Part shown: piece by piece, positions 18,701-29,045 of the stretch
Layout of the letters: each line of letters starts with the position of its first letter
Position numbering within the stretch: position 1 is the first letter of the stretch
Source of the DNA: Candidatus Latescibacterota bacterium
GTDB lineage: Bacteria; Latescibacterota; UBA2968; UBA8231
Length of the DNA: 64,000 nucleotides
Direction of reading: 5' to 3'
Assembly: GCA_965221775.1 (NCBI GenBank)
Contig: CBDCSU010000006.1
Span: 512,001-576,000 of the forward strand
The notes under the pieces: generated by a model
What the model was told of the DNA's origin: nothing
What the model saw: the letters and a program-made list of their open reading frames with translations, nothing else
The model's database searches: none
Program-made: the position numbers and the translations under genes

Positions 18701-18977
18701 CGCGCCCTGGCGCGAGGTGGATCGGGCCGGGATGGGATTGGGTCCGGGGATCGGTTGCCAGGTCCGCGAGAAGGAGGAGGGGGTCGCGACTAAGGTGGGG
18801 GGCGGCCAGCGGCCTCGACAAGCCCGGCCCCGGCCCGCCATGGGGTGCTCGAACCCACGGACGGCTCGCCTTCCGCATCCCTTGCGCCTCGACGAGGGGC
18901 CGGACCATCTTCGCGGTTCAGCGAGCCCCTCGCACCGGGCCACGCGCCCCCTTCCCCTTCGCCGATACGAGACGAGC

Positions 18978-21227
18978 ATGACGCCGACTTCGCGCCAGGC
19001 CTACGTCGAGCGCCTGCGCCTCTGGGTGCCCGGCGCCCGGAGAGAGGCCGAGGGCCTCCTGGACAGCTGGCTGGCCGACCTCGCCCCGGAGCCGCTCTCA
19101 GGCCTCCAGCAACCGCCTGCGCTGCCCATCCACCTGGCCCTGGCCGAGGGTTTCCTGGCCCGCGAGGACGGCGACCAGGCCCTGGCGGATGCGGCGGCCC
19201 GGCGGCTGGCCGGGTACGGCCGCTTCGCCGAGGCCTATCCGCGCCACCTGATACCCGATCGGCCCGAGTTCGCCGGCGGCCTGCCGGCGCAGCCCAACTT
19301 CTTCCACCTGTCGACGATGGCCGAGGCCTACCTGGGCATCCGCGAGAGCGCCGCGGTCACCGACGATCAGCACCGGGCCATCCGCGGGATCCTCGCCGAG
19401 AGCTGCGACCTCATCTTCTCCTTCCCCGAGTGGGGGGCCCACAACCGCGCCGCCATCCGCGCCTGGGGGCTGCTCGCCGCCGCCCGGGCCTGTGACGGCG
19501 ACCGCCGCGCCCCGCGCTGGGAACGGATGGCGCGCGAGCTGATGGCCGACAGCCTCGAGGGCTGGACGATCGAGGACGCCATGCACTACCACTCCATGTG
19601 GACCCAGGCGATCCTCGGCTACGTCGATCTCGCCGGCGGGGAAGCGGCCTTCTTCCGCCAGCCCACCAGCCGCTTCTACTTCGAGTACTACCTCAACCTG
19701 CTGTGCCCCATCGGCGGCGTCGCCGACTTCGGGGATTCCTGGTGGGGATCCAACCTGCCGAAGTACCTGCCCATCTTCGAGCGCGGCGCCCGCGAGTACG
19801 GCGACGGCTGCCTGCGCTGGGCCGCCGGCGAGGTCTTCGGGCGCCTGATGGAACGCCACGGCCCCGGTCCCTTCGGCGACCCCGTGATCTGGGTGCAGGC
19901 GGCCAACTGGGTCGACGAGTCCGCCGAGCCCCGGACGCCCACCTGGGGGGGCCGCGAGGTGCTGGACGAGCTGGCGGGCAAGAAGGTCGTCTTCCGCAGC
20001 GGCTGGTCGCGGCAGGACACCTTCCTGCTGCTCAACTACAAGCCGGATACCGACTACGGCCGCACCCAGCGGGACTACCTCGAGCACACGATCCCGGTGG
20101 AGGCGGAGAAGGCCCATCACGGGCACGCCGACGAGAACAGCATCTCCACCCTCACCAGCCGCGGCGCCCTGCTGCTCCACGACGGCGGCTACCGCGAGCA
20201 GCTGCCGAACGGCCAATACCGCGCCGACCTCTACCACAACCGCGTCGTCGCGCGCAACGAGCTGATGCGCGAGGGCGAGTCGCTCTACGACTTCCTCCAC
20301 AACGACGGGCGCTACCGCCCGGTGGAGACGAGCCGCATCGACTACCGGCGGTTCTCGCGGGTGGAGTTCTCGCGCACCCGCCTCGTCGACCGCGGCGCCG
20401 GGTACCTGCACGACCGCGTCGTCGCCTGGCTCCTCGACGAGGAGATGTTCCTCGTCATCGACGGAGTCCAGGCCCTGCGGGACGACGTCTTCACCTTCTC
20501 CAACCTCTACCACACCCAGAGGGTGCTCGACGAGGGGGAAGGCTGGTTCGACACCGCCGTCGACTCGGTGCGCACCGAGCCGGGAGGGGAGGTCTACGCG
20601 GCGCCGGAGAACGCCGCCGCCCTGGCCGTGATCTGTCCGCCGCGGCCGTGGTTCTGGCAGGGGCAGGAGCCGGTCCGCCGCCACTGGCAGGAGGAGATCC
20701 TCCTCCACCAGACGACCTCGGGACGGCTGGCGGCCGGCAAGTGGGTCGTGTTCTACTCGGCCCTTGCGCCCCACGACCGCGGCGAGGACCCGGCCGCCAT
20801 CGCCGCCCGCATCCGCGTGGCCGACGTCGACCGCTCATCCGCCGCCGGCCTCGTGGTCGACTCCGACCGCGGCGAGACGCTCGTGGGCGTGAAATTCGAC
20901 CGCGAGGAGGAGCTGCTCATGGAGGACGTCCGCCCGCGCTACACCTGGGACTCCGGCCGCACCCGCTACGGCTGGGTCGAGACCGACGCCCGCTTCGTGT
21001 GGTCCCGGCGCCGGGAGCGGTCGGTCTCCTACGCCTGCACCGAGGCGATGCGCCTCGACTGCGGCGGCACCACCTTGCTGGAGGCCCCCTCGTACCAGTT
21101 CACCCTGCAGTACGCCGGCCCCAAGGTCAGGGACAGCCCCTCCAAGTGGCGGGCCTGGGAGGAGGAGGATGTGGCGCTTCCCGCAAGCCGTTACCAGTCG
21201 ACCACCGACCCGTCGTCGGCGTCGTAA
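18978..21227 (+). CDS. Heparinase II/III-like (polysaccharide lyase-like) protein
   Basis: VFRSGW, HHGHADENSI, LLHDGGY and YHNRVV motifs; helical N-terminal half with HN and FGDS; no signal peptide. Confidence 0.6.
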   Translation: MTPTSRQAYVERLRLWVPGARREAEGLLDSWLADLAPEPLSGLQQPPALPIHLALAEGFLAREDGDQALADAAARRLAGYGRFAEAYPRHLIPDRPEFAGGLPAQPNFFHLSTMAEAYLGIRESAAVTDDQHRAIRGILAESCDLIFSFPEWGAHNRAAIRAWGLLAAARACDGDRRAPRWERMARELMADSLEGWTIEDAMHYHSMWTQAILGYVDLAGGEAAFFRQPTSRFYFEYYLNLLCPIGGVADFGDSWWGSNLPKYLPIFERGAREYGDGCLRWAAGEVFGRLMERHGPGPFGDPVIWVQAANWVDESAEPRTPTWGGREVLDELAGKKVVFRSGWSRQDTFLLLNYKPDTDYGRTQRDYLEHTIPVEAEKAHHGHADENSISTLTSRGALLLHDGGYREQLPNGQYRADLYHNRVVARNELMREGESLYDFLHNDGRYRPVETSRIDYRRFSRVEFSRTRLVDRGAGYLHDRVVAWLLDEEMFLVIDGVQALRDDVFTFSNLYHTQRVLDEGEGWFDTAVDSVRTEPGGEVYAAPENAAALAVICPPRPWFWQGQEPVRRHWQEEILLHQTTSGRLAAGKWVVFYSALAPHDRGEDPAAIAARIRVADVDRSSAAGLVVDSDRGETLVGVKFDREEELLMEDVRPRYTWDSGRTRYGWVETDARFVWSRRRERSVSYACTEAMRLDCGGTTLLEAPSYQFTLQYAGPKVRDSPSKWRAWEEEDVALPASRYQSTTDPSSAS

Positions 21228-22348
21228 TCGACGCGGTAGGGGTGGGGCTCCCCCACCTGGCCCCTGAGCTTGTCCTCGTCGATGGTGATGCCGAGGCCGG
21301 GGCCGGTGGGCAGCGGCCGGTACCCCCCGACGACCGGCGGCAGGGGCTCGGCGAGCAGGTCGAGGTACTCGTGGTCGCCGCCCTCCTGGGCGAGGAAGTT
21401 GGGGATGCAGGCGGCGATCTGCAGGCTCGCCGCCAGGGAGCACGGGCCCTGGGGGTTGTGGGGCGCCAGGGGGGTGTAGTACGACTCCGCCATGCCGGCG
21501 ATGAGGCGCAGCTCGGTGATGCCGCCGGCGTAGCAGACGTCGGGCTGCACGATCGTAGCCGCGCGCTTCTCCAATACCTCGCGGAAACCCCACTTGGTGA
21601 AGATCCGCTCGCCCGTGGCGACGGGCACGTGGGTCTGGCGCGCCAGCTCGGCCATGACGTCGACGTTGAGGGCCTGCACGATCTCCTCGAAGAACCACGG
21701 GTTGTAAGGCTCCAGGGCCTTCATCAGCAGCAGCGCCGTGGGCGGCTGCACGGCGCCGTGGAAGTCGACGCCGATGTCGACGCCGTCGCCGTGCTCGTCG
21801 CGCAGGGCCCGGAAGTGCTCGACGGCGGACTCGATGGCGCGCGGGCCCTCCACGTACTTGTGGGGCGCGCGGGACTCCACCGGGACTCCCGTCTTCATGG
21901 CGGTGACGCCGGTTTCGGCGCTGATCGTGCCGTACACGCGCACGCGGTGGCGGGTGGGTCCGCCCAGCAGCCGGTGCACGGGCACGCCGAAGCACTTGCC
22001 GGTGATGTCCCACAGGGCCTGGTCGATGCCGGAGAGGATCGCCGTCTTGATGGGGCCGCCGCGGTAGAAGGCGCCGCGGTGGATCGCCTGCCAGTGATGG
22101 GCCACGGGGCGCGGGTCCTTGCCCACGAGGTAGTCGGCGACTTCGAGGGCGCCGGCGGCGCAGGCCCGGGCGTCGTCCTTGAGCATCTCCCCCCAGCCGC
22201 TGATGCCGGCGTCGGTGGAGATCTTCACGAAGACCCACGAGTTGCGCAGGACGAAGGTCTCGATCGCCGTGACCTGGATCGACTCGTCCGGGCCGACCGG
22301 CCCCTGGCGCAGATCCTGCCGACCCGTGTCGGCCTCCCTGTTCTCCAT
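21191..22348 (-). CDS. dgoD: Galactonate dehydratase-like enolase-superfamily enzyme
   Basis: FYRGGP, SGIDQALWDI, VDFHG, FFEE, ATGER, QPD and APHNP motifs; start MENREAD after GGAG. Confidence 0.75.
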   Translation of the reverse strand: MENREADTGRQDLRQGPVGPDESIQVTAIETFVLRNSWVFVKISTDAGISGWGEMLKDDARACAAGALEVADYLVGKDPRPVAHHWQAIHRGAFYRGGPIKTAILSGIDQALWDITGKCFGVPVHRLLGGPTRHRVRVYGTISAETGVTAMKTGVPVESRAPHKYVEGPRAIESAVEHFRALRDEHGDGVDIGVDFHGAVQPPTALLLMKALEPYNPWFFEEIVQALNVDVMAELARQTHVPVATGERIFTKWGFREVLEKRAATIVQPDVCYAGGITELRLIAGMAESYYTPLAPHNPQGPCSLAASLQIAACIPNFLAQEGGDHEYLDLLAEPLPPVVGGYRPLPTGPGLGITIDEDKLRGQVGEPHPYRVDYDADDGSVVDW

Positions 22349-22362
22349 GTCGCCCTCCCCTG

Positions 22363-23418
22363 TCAGCGGCGGCGGTAGCGCACCTCGCGGCCCGTCTCCG
22401 CGCTCCGGTAGATCCCCTCGAGGATCTTCGTCACCTTCAGCCCCTGCTCGCCCGTGGCCAGCGGCTTCCGCCGCTCGATGATGCTGTCGACGAACTCGTG
22501 GTACGCGGAGGGCGTCGGCTCGGTGCGGTAGTCGAGGCGCTTGGTGAACATGTCGCCGCCTTCGTCGGTGTAGATCTCGGCCTCGTGCCGGCCCGAGTCG
22601 CCGAAGCGGTGGACCAGCCCGCCCCGGTCGCCGTAGAGGCAGGTCTCCAGATGCTCCTGCTTCCGCTGGTTCAGCGCCCAGCTCGCCTCCAGGATCAGGG
22701 TGGCGCCGTTGGCGCACTTCACCAGGCCGCAGGCGAGGTCCTCCACGGTGTAGCTCTCGCCCGCCTTGCGCGCGACCTCCGGGGCGATGACGCTGTACGT
22801 CGATCCGGTGACGGCCACCGGCTCGGGGTAGCCCATCAGCCACAGGGCGAGATCGAGGCGGTGCACGCCCAGGTCGATGAGGGGCCCCCCGCCGGAGCGG
22901 TCGCGGTCGGTGAACCAGCCGCCGAGCCCGGGGATGCCGCGGCGGCGGTGCCACACGCTGCGGCCGAAGTAGATCTCGCCCACGGCGCCGGCGTCGACCT
23001 GCCCCTTGAGAGCGAAGCTGGCCTCGGTGAAGCGGTAGGAGAAGTTGATCATGAGGTTGCGGCGCGCCCGGCGGGCGGCGGCGTTCATGCGCTCCGCCTC
23101 CTTCACCGTCATCGCCATCGGCTTCTCGCACAACACGTGCAGACCGCGCTTGAGGGCGGCGATGGTCACCGGCGCGTGCAGGTGGTTGGGCAGGGCGACG
23201 CTGACCCCGTCGAGGTCCTCGGCATCGAGCATCTCTTCCGTGTCGTTGTAGGTGCGTTCCACGCCGAGGTCCGCCGCCACCTGCGACAGGCGCCCGGGAT
23301 CCTGGTCGCAAAGGGCGACGAGATCCGCCTGGCCATGGGAGTGGTACCCGTGGGCGTGCTCCTGCCCATTGCCCAGGCCGATGACGGCCATTCTCACGTT
23401 GCGCTTGCGTCGCGCCAT
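22363..23418 (-). CDS. Gfo/Idh/MocA-family oxidoreductase
   Basis: VIGLG, PNHLH, HVLCEKPMA, GGGPLIDLGVH. Confidence 0.9.
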   Translation of the reverse strand: MARRKRNVRMAVIGLGNGQEHAHGYHSHGQADLVALCDQDPGRLSQVAADLGVERTYNDTEEMLDAEDLDGVSVALPNHLHAPVTIAALKRGLHVLCEKPMAMTVKEAERMNAAARRARRNLMINFSYRFTEASFALKGQVDAGAVGEIYFGRSVWHRRRGIPGLGGWFTDRDRSGGGPLIDLGVHRLDLALWLMGYPEPVAVTGSTYSVIAPEVARKAGESYTVEDLACGLVKCANGATLILEASWALNQRKQEHLETCLYGDRGGLVHRFGDSGRHEAEIYTDEGGDMFTKRLDYRTEPTPSAYHEFVDSIIERRKPLATGEQGLKVTKILEGIYRSAETGREVRYRRR

Positions 23419-24185
23419 CAGGGATCCTCCACGTCGACCACGGCCCGGGCCTCCGGCGACAGGCGCCGCACCGTCTCCGGGCTCAGCCACTTCCGCTGAT
23501 CCGTTTGTTGTTTCTCATCCCGCCTGCAGTAGTAGCAGTGCATCGCCGCCCTTTCGGAATCGCTGCGGTTGAGGGTGCCGCCGTGCCACAGGTGCGAGTT
23601 GAAGACCACCACCGTACCCGCCGGCCCCCGCAGCTCCACCTGGCCGGGATGGTCGGCCGTGGGGTCCTCCATCGCCTCGCGGGGCAGCTGCCGGCTGCGA
23701 TGGGAGCCCGGCACCACCCGCGTGGCGCCGTTCTGCTCGGTGAAGTCGGTGATCAGCCAGATCGAGTTGCAGACCCGGTAGTCGCCGGGGGCGACCCCTT
23801 CGCCCCAGTCGGCGTGCAGGCCCTGCCGCCCCTCTCCCGGCAGGGCGGCGCGGGCGTTGAGGGAGGAGAGCCGGAACCGCGGCCCGAGGACGTGGCGGAT
23901 CGCCGCCAGCAGCCGCGGCTCGGTGACGCACTTCTCGAAGACGGGGTCCTTGTCGATGAGGTTGGAGAGCCGCACCGTGCCCTCCTCCTGGTGCACCTCC
24001 AGGCCGGCGCGTTCCCCTTCCTCCGCGGCCAGCTCCTGCAGCCGCCGGCGCCAGGCCGCCGCCTCCGCCTTCGTCAGGACTCCGGGCAGCGGCAGGTAGC
24101 CCTGCTCGTCGAGGAACTCCTTCTCCTCTGCCGTCAGCACGCCGTCGTGGACGCCCAGGCTCTCCAGGGCCTCGACGATGGTCAT
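23418..24185 (-). CDS. Phytanoyl-CoA dioxygenase (PhyH) family Fe(II)/2OG enzyme
   Basis: QGYL, LHAD, DFTEQNGATRVVPGSH, LWHGG..N, R; start MTIVEA overlaps the upstream stop. Confidence 0.88.
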   Translation of the reverse strand: MTIVEALESLGVHDGVLTAEEKEFLDEQGYLPLPGVLTKAEAAAWRRRLQELAAEEGERAGLEVHQEEGTVRLSNLIDKDPVFEKCVTEPRLLAAIRHVLGPRFRLSSLNARAALPGEGRQGLHADWGEGVAPGDYRVCNSIWLITDFTEQNGATRVVPGSHRSRQLPREAMEDPTADHPGQVELRGPAGTVVVFNSHLWHGGTLNRSDSERAAMHCYYCRRDEKQQTDQRKWLSPETVRRLSPEARAVVDVEDP

Positions 24186-26548
24186 CGTTCGCCTCGCTTC
24201 AGCTTGTCCCCAACGCGGAGGAGCTTCCATCCGAGCGTGGGAAGTGTCAGTTCCATGGCGCCGTCCCGCAACGGAATGGCCTCGCCGTCGAGGGCGGCGG
24301 CGGCACGGGCGGCCGGCGTCAGCCCCAGTCGATCCAGGTTCAGCTCGACGGTCACCGTCCGCTGCTCCCCGTCCATGTTGGAGACCACGGCGAGGAGCCC
24401 GTTCTCCGGATGGCGGTAGAGGCTTGCGTGAGCGTTGGCGGGGGAGACTCTCACCACATTTCCGTTGCTCCAGTAGGGCAGCCACTCCGCCTTCTTGCGG
24501 CCGAATGTGTCCATGACGCGCCAGATGGAGGCGGCCAAGTCGAGCTGCTCGTCGGGGTAGTGGGGGCGGACGGGGACGTCGTGGAGGAGGGTGAAGGCCC
24601 AGGCCTGCTCGTAGTCGTAGGCGGCGCCGGCGTGGAGGAACTCGGCCGGCACGCCCCACTGGCGTCCCATGAACTCGGCGCGGAAGGCGTCGAGGGGCAG
24701 CAGTTCGGCCACGTCGACGCCGCTGCCGACGCCCTGGAACTGCTCGCCGTCCCAGTAGCTGGTGGCCCAGCCGAGGGTGGGCATGGTCATGCACGTGGAG
24801 TTGTGGACGTTCACGTGTCCCCTGCGCCGGCGGGACTTCACCACCTCGTGGATGCGGCGCATGGCGGAGCGCACGGCGAAGATCGGATACGTGGGGGCGA
24901 TGCTGCCGTCGGGGCGCACGTGGCCGCAGCCGTGCTCGGTGTTGCAGCAGCCGAAGGGATATTCGGTGCCGTCGAGGTAGACGCCGTCGATGCCGAACTC
25001 GTCCATGATCCGGGCCATGCCGTCCACGAGCAGGTCCTGCCAGGCGCTGTTGAGGCAGACGCGCCAGGCCGACTGCTCGGGCTGCGGCTGGTAGTGGAAG
25101 ACGGGATAGCCGCCCTTGGGCAGGATGAGGGCGTCCTTGCCCACGGCCTGCCACTCGGAGATGATGTCGGAGATGAGGAAGCCGAAGTAGAGCAGGACCT
25201 GCAGGCCCCGTTCCTTGCAGTCGGCGACGAACTTGCGGACCTCGGCGGCGTGGGGCGTGCTCGTGTAGCCCTCGGCGTCGGACCAGTGCTCGAAGAGGAC
25301 CACCGCACGCACGCCGGAGGCCGCGCACTTGTCCAGCAGCGCCCCGTCGACCTGGAGGCGGCCCGTGGTGCTCGACTGGTTGATGCACAGGATGCGGTGG
25401 TCCCAGGCGTCCTCGCGGATCTCCTTCACCGGCGTCGCCTGGAAGCCGAAGGTGTAGCTCAGCCGCTCGGTGACCACGCCGCCCGGGGTGAGCGGCTCCA
25501 GGTCCTCGGTGCCGAAGCCGGTGAACCCGCCGCCGGAGGCGACCCCCGGAACCAGCTTGACCGGCGTGGTGACGTGGTTCACGCGCAGCACCACCCGGTC
25601 CTCGCGGTGGAGGATCTCGGTGACGCCCCCGGGGTCGGCCACGTGGAACCCGGCGTCGGACTCTGCGAACCACGAGAGCCCGCGCTCCTCGTCGCCCAGC
25701 CAGATATAGGGGCGGAACCCGAGGCGGAGATCCCCTTCCGGCAGGGCCCCCACGTTGCGGGCCTCGCCCCAGCTCCCGGGGAAGTGGTAGAGGTAGCGGG
25801 CCTGGGCTTCGGGCAGGGCCATCTCCAGCGAGAGCGCGTCCAGACGAACCACAGCCTTGGAGGCGACCGACCAGTCGATGCGCACCATGCCGTCGAAGTC
25901 GATCTCGGTGCGGGCCGTGACAGTGAGACCCGCGGGCGACTCGAAGCGACGGTCGAAGACGACCTGCCCCGGCCCGGCGGAGACCGGCGCGATCCGGCCG
26001 CGGGTCCAGCGCACCTCCTCGCCGTTCACCGTGGCCGCCGGCCTCAGCGGCGCGGCGAGCAGCCGGCGCCCGGCGGAGGTGACCTGCGAGGCGAAGGCGG
26101 TCTTCGCGAAGGTGTGGGTCCGCCCCCAGCAGCTGACGTCCAGGCCCTTCGGGGAGGCCGACACCTCCAGCGGCGTCCACGGCGCCCGCACCCTTCGCGT
26201 GATCCCCTCCCGCGAGCCCAGCCACGGGAAGTCCCCCGGCCACTTGTCCAGCAGCGTCCGCGTGGCGAAGCGGACCCCCTCGCGGCTGATGAAGGTGGCC
26301 CGGAAGTCGCAGCAGCCCGAGGGGATCCCGCTGGTGTCGAAGCAGACCTCCTCGCGGCCGATCCCCCGGATGACCCGCCGCTCCCGGCCCTCCTTGGAAC
26401 GCTGGCTGAAGAGGACCAGCTCCACCCGCCCGCCGGCGGCGAGGTGGGTCTCGCCGAGGAGGTGGACGCGGGCGTGGACCTGGCGGTACTCGTACCGGGT
26501 GTAGACCATGACGGTGACGGCGCGGTCGGATGTCTGGGTTTCGGACAT
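24182..26548 (-). CDS. DUF6067-like putative glycoside hydrolase
   Basis: PWTP, DFDGM, WLGDEERGL.WFAES, FQATPVK, DGVYLDG, WDGEQ, LLHDV, WLPYW motifs. Confidence 0.7.
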   Translation of the reverse strand: MSETQTSDRAVTVMVYTRYEYRQVHARVHLLGETHLAAGGRVELVLFSQRSKEGRERRVIRGIGREEVCFDTSGIPSGCCDFRATFISREGVRFATRTLLDKWPGDFPWLGSREGITRRVRAPWTPLEVSASPKGLDVSCWGRTHTFAKTAFASQVTSAGRRLLAAPLRPAATVNGEEVRWTRGRIAPVSAGPGQVVFDRRFESPAGLTVTARTEIDFDGMVRIDWSVASKAVVRLDALSLEMALPEAQARYLYHFPGSWGEARNVGALPEGDLRLGFRPYIWLGDEERGLSWFAESDAGFHVADPGGVTEILHREDRVVLRVNHVTTPVKLVPGVASGGGFTGFGTEDLEPLTPGGVVTERLSYTFGFQATPVKEIREDAWDHRILCINQSSTTGRLQVDGALLDKCAASGVRAVVLFEHWSDAEGYTSTPHAAEVRKFVADCKERGLQVLLYFGFLISDIISEWQAVGKDALILPKGGYPVFHYQPQPEQSAWRVCLNSAWQDLLVDGMARIMDEFGIDGVYLDGTEYPFGCCNTEHGCGHVRPDGSIAPTYPIFAVRSAMRRIHEVVKSRRRRGHVNVHNSTCMTMPTLGWATSYWDGEQFQGVGSGVDVAELLPLDAFRAEFMGRQWGVPAEFLHAGAAYDYEQAWAFTLLHDVPVRPHYPDEQLDLAASIWRVMDTFGRKKAEWLPYWSNGNVVRVSPANAHASLYRHPENGLLAVVSNMDGEQRTVTVELNLDRLGLTPAARAAAALDGEAIPLRDGAMELTLPTLGWKLLRVGDKLKRGER

Positions 26549-26558
26549 GGACCCTCCT

Positions 26559-27326
26559 TCAGGAGGCGGACGGGGCGTCTCCCCCCGCCTTCCCCAGCAC
26601 GTACACGATGAAGTTCGGCGCCCGGAACTCGTCCTCCCAGGTCGGGTGCCGCTCCAGCTGATCCGCCGTCGGCACCGGCTCGTGCAGCGCCTCCAGAACG
26701 AACCCCGCCTCCAGGAAGGCGGAGACGTAGCTGGACAGGGTGCGGTGCATGTTCAGGAAGCCGGGGCGCCACCAGTGGAACTCCCGCGGGCCCTCGCGCA
26801 TGTAGTCGTCCACGGGGTAGAACAGCTTGCGCGGGCCCTGGCGGATCCAGCCGCCGGGCTGCGACATGCGCATGGGGTGGATGTTGCAGACCACCAGGCG
26901 GCCGGCGGGGCGCAGGACGCGGAAAGCCGCGTCGATGGCGGCACGGTGGTCGTGGACGTCGACCAGGACGATGTAGGAGACGGCGAGGTCGAACTCTCCG
27001 TCGCCGAGGCCCTCCAGCTCCTCGGCGTCGCCCACGAGGTAGGTCTCGCCGTCCGAGCCTTCCGAGCGGGCCCGGTCGATGAGGCCCGGCGTCAGATCGA
27101 GGCCGGTGACCTCCGCCCCGAGGCCGGCGAGGACCCGGCAGAACCTCCCCTCGCCGCAGCCGATGTCGAGGACGCGGCGGCCGGTCACCTCGCCCAGCGC
27201 GCCGAGCACCCAGTCGTCGAGGAAGTCGGTGCGCACCGACTGGTCCTGGCCGATCCAGTCCTCCACCGCCTCCTGCCACTGGGCCTGCAGCCGCCGCCGG
27301 AGGTTCATGTCGTCGGACGTTGTCAT
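26559..27326 (-). CDS. Class I SAM-dependent methyltransferase
   Basis: VLDIGCGEG, GDAEEL, RVLRPAG, HRTLSSY. Confidence 0.88.
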   Translation of the reverse strand: MTTSDDMNLRRRLQAQWQEAVEDWIGQDQSVRTDFLDDWVLGALGEVTGRRVLDIGCGEGRFCRVLAGLGAEVTGLDLTPGLIDRARSEGSDGETYLVGDAEELEGLGDGEFDLAVSYIVLVDVHDHRAAIDAAFRVLRPAGRLVVCNIHPMRMSQPGGWIRQGPRKLFYPVDDYMREGPREFHWWRPGFLNMHRTLSSYVSAFLEAGFVLEALHEPVPTADQLERHPTWEDEFRAPNFIVYVLGKAGGDAPSAS

Positions 27327-27362
27327 GGGAAGAGCGCGTGACCGACGGCGTCCGCGCCGAGC

Positions 27363-28217
27363 CTACGTTTCCTGCTCGGCCACCCGGGACCGTTCCTGCA
27401 GGTCGTACAGGGAGGCGACGTCGCCCTGGTATCGAGGGATCGGGAAGCTGTCCTGATCGAAGCGCGCCTCCCGCGCCGCCTCCCCTCGAACCAGGCGCAC
27501 GTGGGCCTCCGCCTTGTGGGTCATGGGACCACAGTAGATGGGGAAGGCGTCGGCCGCCCGGTAGCTGAGGATCAGGGTCCGCCGCGGGCGCCGCGACTGG
27601 TTCGGCGCGGAGGCGTGCGGCGTCAGGCCGTGCATGAAGATGGCCGTGCCGGCGCGGCCTTCGACCGAGACCGCCTCCGCCTCGTCCACCGCCTCGGTGA
27701 CGCGGCCCTGGAAGTACCCGTCCCTGGTGTGCTCCAGCAGCACCGAGTCGTGGCGGCCGGGCAGCAGCTGCAGGGCGCCGTTGCCGCGGTCGGTCTCGTC
27801 CAGGTAGAACAGCACCGCCAGGCTGTCGCGGTTCGTCAACGGGTAGTATGACAGGTCCTGGTGCCACTCGACCACGGAGCCGACCTCGGCCGGTTTCACG
27901 TTCAGCTTGCTGTAGTGGAATACCAAGTTCGGCCCGCACAGCTGCCCGACCGCGTCCAGCAGGCGGTCCAGCTCCGACAGGGCGCGGGCCACCGGATAGT
28001 AGGAGCACGGCTCGTACAGGCGGCGCACCGCCGTGCCCTCCGGCGGCTGGTCGGGCTCCATCTCCAGGCGCGTGGCGTCGTGGCACCGCCGGGTGCTGCC
28101 GGCGCAGACCGCGTCGGCCTCGCCCAGCAGGTCGTCCACCTCGGCCGGCGTCAGGAATCCCTCGCACACCGTGAACCCGTCGCGGCGGAAGGCGGCGATC
28201 CGTGCTTCCGTCAACAT
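27363..28217 (-). CDS. Phytanoyl-CoA dioxygenase (PhyH) family protein
   Basis: RDGF, WHQD, NGALQLLPG.H, HASAPN.S..PRR. Confidence 0.88.
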   Translation of the reverse strand: MLTEARIAAFRRDGFTVCEGFLTPAEVDDLLGEADAVCAGSTRRCHDATRLEMEPDQPPEGTAVRRLYEPCSYYPVARALSELDRLLDAVGQLCGPNLVFHYSKLNVKPAEVGSVVEWHQDLSYYPLTNRDSLAVLFYLDETDRGNGALQLLPGRHDSVLLEHTRDGYFQGRVTEAVDEAEAVSVEGRAGTAIFMHGLTPHASAPNQSRRPRRTLILSYRAADAFPIYCGPMTHKAEAHVRLVRGEAAREARFDQDSFPIPRYQGDVASLYDLQERSRVAEQET

Positions 28218-28984
28218 CGGTCCGGCTCCGTTCGGCCGGCCTGGTAGGGGAAGCTCTCGGCCCCGATGATGGTGCCCTCCGGCCGGAAGGAGCGGGGCTC
28301 CACGGTCGGGCTCTCGCCGGCGATCATGCGGCGCAGGAGGCGCTCCACGTGGGGCACGACGATCTCGATGGCCCGCTCCCCCTGCTCGCGCGTGGCGAGG
28401 CCGGCGCCCTCGTCTTCGATGGCTTCTTCGCGCACCCGCTCGGGGAAGGCAGCCAGGGCGAAGGCGGTCTCGAACTCGTTGGCGTGACCCGGCACCCGCT
28501 TGCTGCGCACCAGGGAGTAGACCTCGTCGTCGGAGTAGAGATCCCAGTACGTGGCGTAGACGATGCCGGGGCCGAGCAACTGGCGGTAGCGGGTCAGCTC
28601 CTTGCGCAACGGGTGCATGTGCCCCCCGTGGCCGTTGAGAATCAGCACGCGCTCGATGCCGGCGCGGGTGATGCTCTCACAGATGTCGAAGACGTAGTCC
28701 AGGAAGGTGCCCACCCGCGTCGTCAGTGTGCCCGGATGCATCATGTGGTGCTCGGACACGCCCACCTGTACCGTGGGCGCCACGACCACGGCCGGGTGCA
28801 ACGCGGCGGCCGCCCGGTGCGCCACCAGGGTGACGCTGGCGCTGTCGTGACACATCTCCAGGTGCTCGAGGTGCTGCTCCGTGGTCCCCGTGGGCACGAT
28901 GGCCGCCTTCAGGGTGCCCGCCTGGAGCATCTCCCGGAACTCCCTTCGTGTGAAGTCGCCGATCAGGATCCGCCGGTCGCGCAT
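28211..28984 (-). CDS. Creatininase / formamide hydrolase family protein
   Basis: PTGTTEQH..HL...D, SEHH...PGT, NGHGG, HANEFET. Confidence 0.85.
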   Translation of the reverse strand: MRDRRILIGDFTRREFREMLQAGTLKAAIVPTGTTEQHLEHLEMCHDSASVTLVAHRAAAALHPAVVVAPTVQVGVSEHHMMHPGTLTTRVGTFLDYVFDICESITRAGIERVLILNGHGGHMHPLRKELTRYRQLLGPGIVYATYWDLYSDDEVYSLVRSKRVPGHANEFETAFALAAFPERVREEAIEDEGAGLATREQGERAIEIVVPHVERLLRRMIAGESPTVEPRSFRPEGTIIGAESFPYQAGRTEPDRC

Positions 28985-29045
28985 CTGTCTCCCTCTCCAT
29001 GGCCGCAGGGTGGATACCGTAAGAAAGCGCCGGGTCTCCCAGCCG

